A stretch of DNA of 64,000 nt, from NCBI RefSeq assembly GCF_009914755.1, contig NC_060942.1. One strand, given 5' to 3'. The stretch is from the human T2T-CHM13v2.0 reference genome, Homo sapiens. How positions within the stretch are numbered: the first letter of the stretch is position 1; each line of letters begins with the position of its first letter. Below are positions 62,733 to 64,000 of this stretch, one piece after another. The notes under the pieces are model-generated. The model ran no database searches and was not told the DNA's origin. It worked only from the letters and a program-made list of their open reading frames with translations. A program made the translations under genes and the position numbers.

Positions 62733-63724
62733 CATGCATCATATTTATTTGTGAGAACTGAAGTATCCCCAAGTTTTCAGCCCTCTCAGGTCATCCATTT
62801 CTTTAATGTAGAAATGTAGTAGCAAAAGCCTCACTCCACAGGACAGAAGGAGCCTATCCTCTTCCCTGTGACTACTGAGGGTCCTGGGGGAGGGCTTTTG
62901 TCTCTGTTGTTGCTTTTTCTCCTCTGCTCTGCCTACTCCACATTCCTCTGTAGGTTTTACCTAAACAACAGACCAGGGCCACCGAAATTGAAGAAAAGGC
63001 TGTGGAGAATTAGCAGATCTTGGTGATGTAACACTTTGCAAAGGAAGAACATTGAAAATTGTGTGTAGATCGTATGCTTCTAGAGACCAGCCCATGCCAG
63101 ACATGGCATCCACCACAATCTCTGCGTGTCCACCATTCATGGCCTTTGTGTCTCCAAGGCCCACTCTTCTTTCCCCTATGGGAGTGCCCTGGGTTCTCAA
63201 AGCCCAAGCTCCAGTATTCCTTCTTCCTTCTTCTGGCTCATTAGTAAAACAAACAAAAATCAGTTGACATATCTCTCAGAAACCTGTTGCCATCTCTATC
63301 CCCACCAGTATACACCAGGAAGAAAAAACATTAGTATCCAGAATAATTAGCCTGTTTGAAGCTTTGGATGATTTTGCCAGTGTTTAAGACTGCTTCAAGA
63401 CTATGCATAAAAAATGTGACTAACAGCAGCTGCATCACTGAAAGTACTCAAGAGCGATCCCTTGAGAACAAATAAGAAATTGGCTTTTCTTAGAAATCAC
63501 AGGAAATAAATTGCTTCCTCCCATTGATTCATTTATTTCCCTCATCTCTTTTGGCCAATCTGTCTAGAAGTTTTGTTGATTGTGCTACTTAGAAGTCTCT
63601 CAAATATGTGTTTCCTCTGTATCCACCATGCCACTTGTTCTGGAATAGACGCTAACAACCTGAACCATTGCAATAGTTTTATTATATAGGTCTCCATGGT
63701 TTCAGTCTCTTCTCTGACTCATAT

Positions 63725-64000
63725 CTTTTATAAAGGGACAGATGGCAAATAACTTAGGCTCTGTGGCCATATAGTCTCTGTTATAACTACTTAAATGTGC
63801 CATTGTAACTTCTAAAGCAGCATACACAATATATAAACAAATGGACATGCCTGTGCTTCAGTAAAACTTTATGGACATTGAAATTTGAATTTTGTGTGTT
63901 TCATGTGACATAAAATATTCTTGTTTCCATTTTTAACCCCCTTTAAAAGTACATGAACCATTCTTAACTCACAGGTTGTAGAAGAGCAGGTGGTGGGCCA
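63725..64000 (+). mobile_element. MER58B-like hAT-Charlie DNA transposon (runs off the window)
   Basis: TTAGGCTCTGTGGCCATATAGTCTCTGTT..AACTACT ... AAAACTTTATGGACATTGAAATTTGAATTT ... CAGGTGGTGGGCCA. Confidence 0.8.

Noticed and set aside
62961-63350. Five overlapping short ORFs
   Set aside because: No recognisable domains or splice structure; consistent with random ORFs.

Overview
This is primate genomic DNA, probably human or great ape, judging by AluY, L1PA4, THE1 and MER11. It is AT-rich, intronic or intergenic, and dominated by interspersed repeats. I see no intact multi-exon gene, RNA gene or CRISPR array. The only protein-derived sequence is a full-length processed pseudogene of GTF2H1 (TFIIH p62) at about 11312-14300. 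It retains both UTRs, a poly(A) tail and a target-site duplication (TSD), and its first ~1 kb is still an open frame. The remaining ORFs are repeat-derived or random. I found no convincing new gene system. The most unusual signals are local templated rearrangements: (1) a ~350-bp inverted duplication or foldback at 2.17-4.07 kb, later hit by THE1 and Alu insertions; (2) a MADE1 mariner MITE that has captured an inverted ~170-bp copy of nearby DNA; (3) a half MER11 LTR flanked by a 187-bp direct duplication; (4) a probable inverted local copy of an L1 segment; and (5) a micro template switch inside an AluJ. Also notable are three L1-mediated insertions within ~70 bp of ancestral DNA and a candidate 39-nt exon at 48865-48903. 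All repeat subfamily calls and identity estimates were made by eye from remembered consensus sequences, not by alignment.
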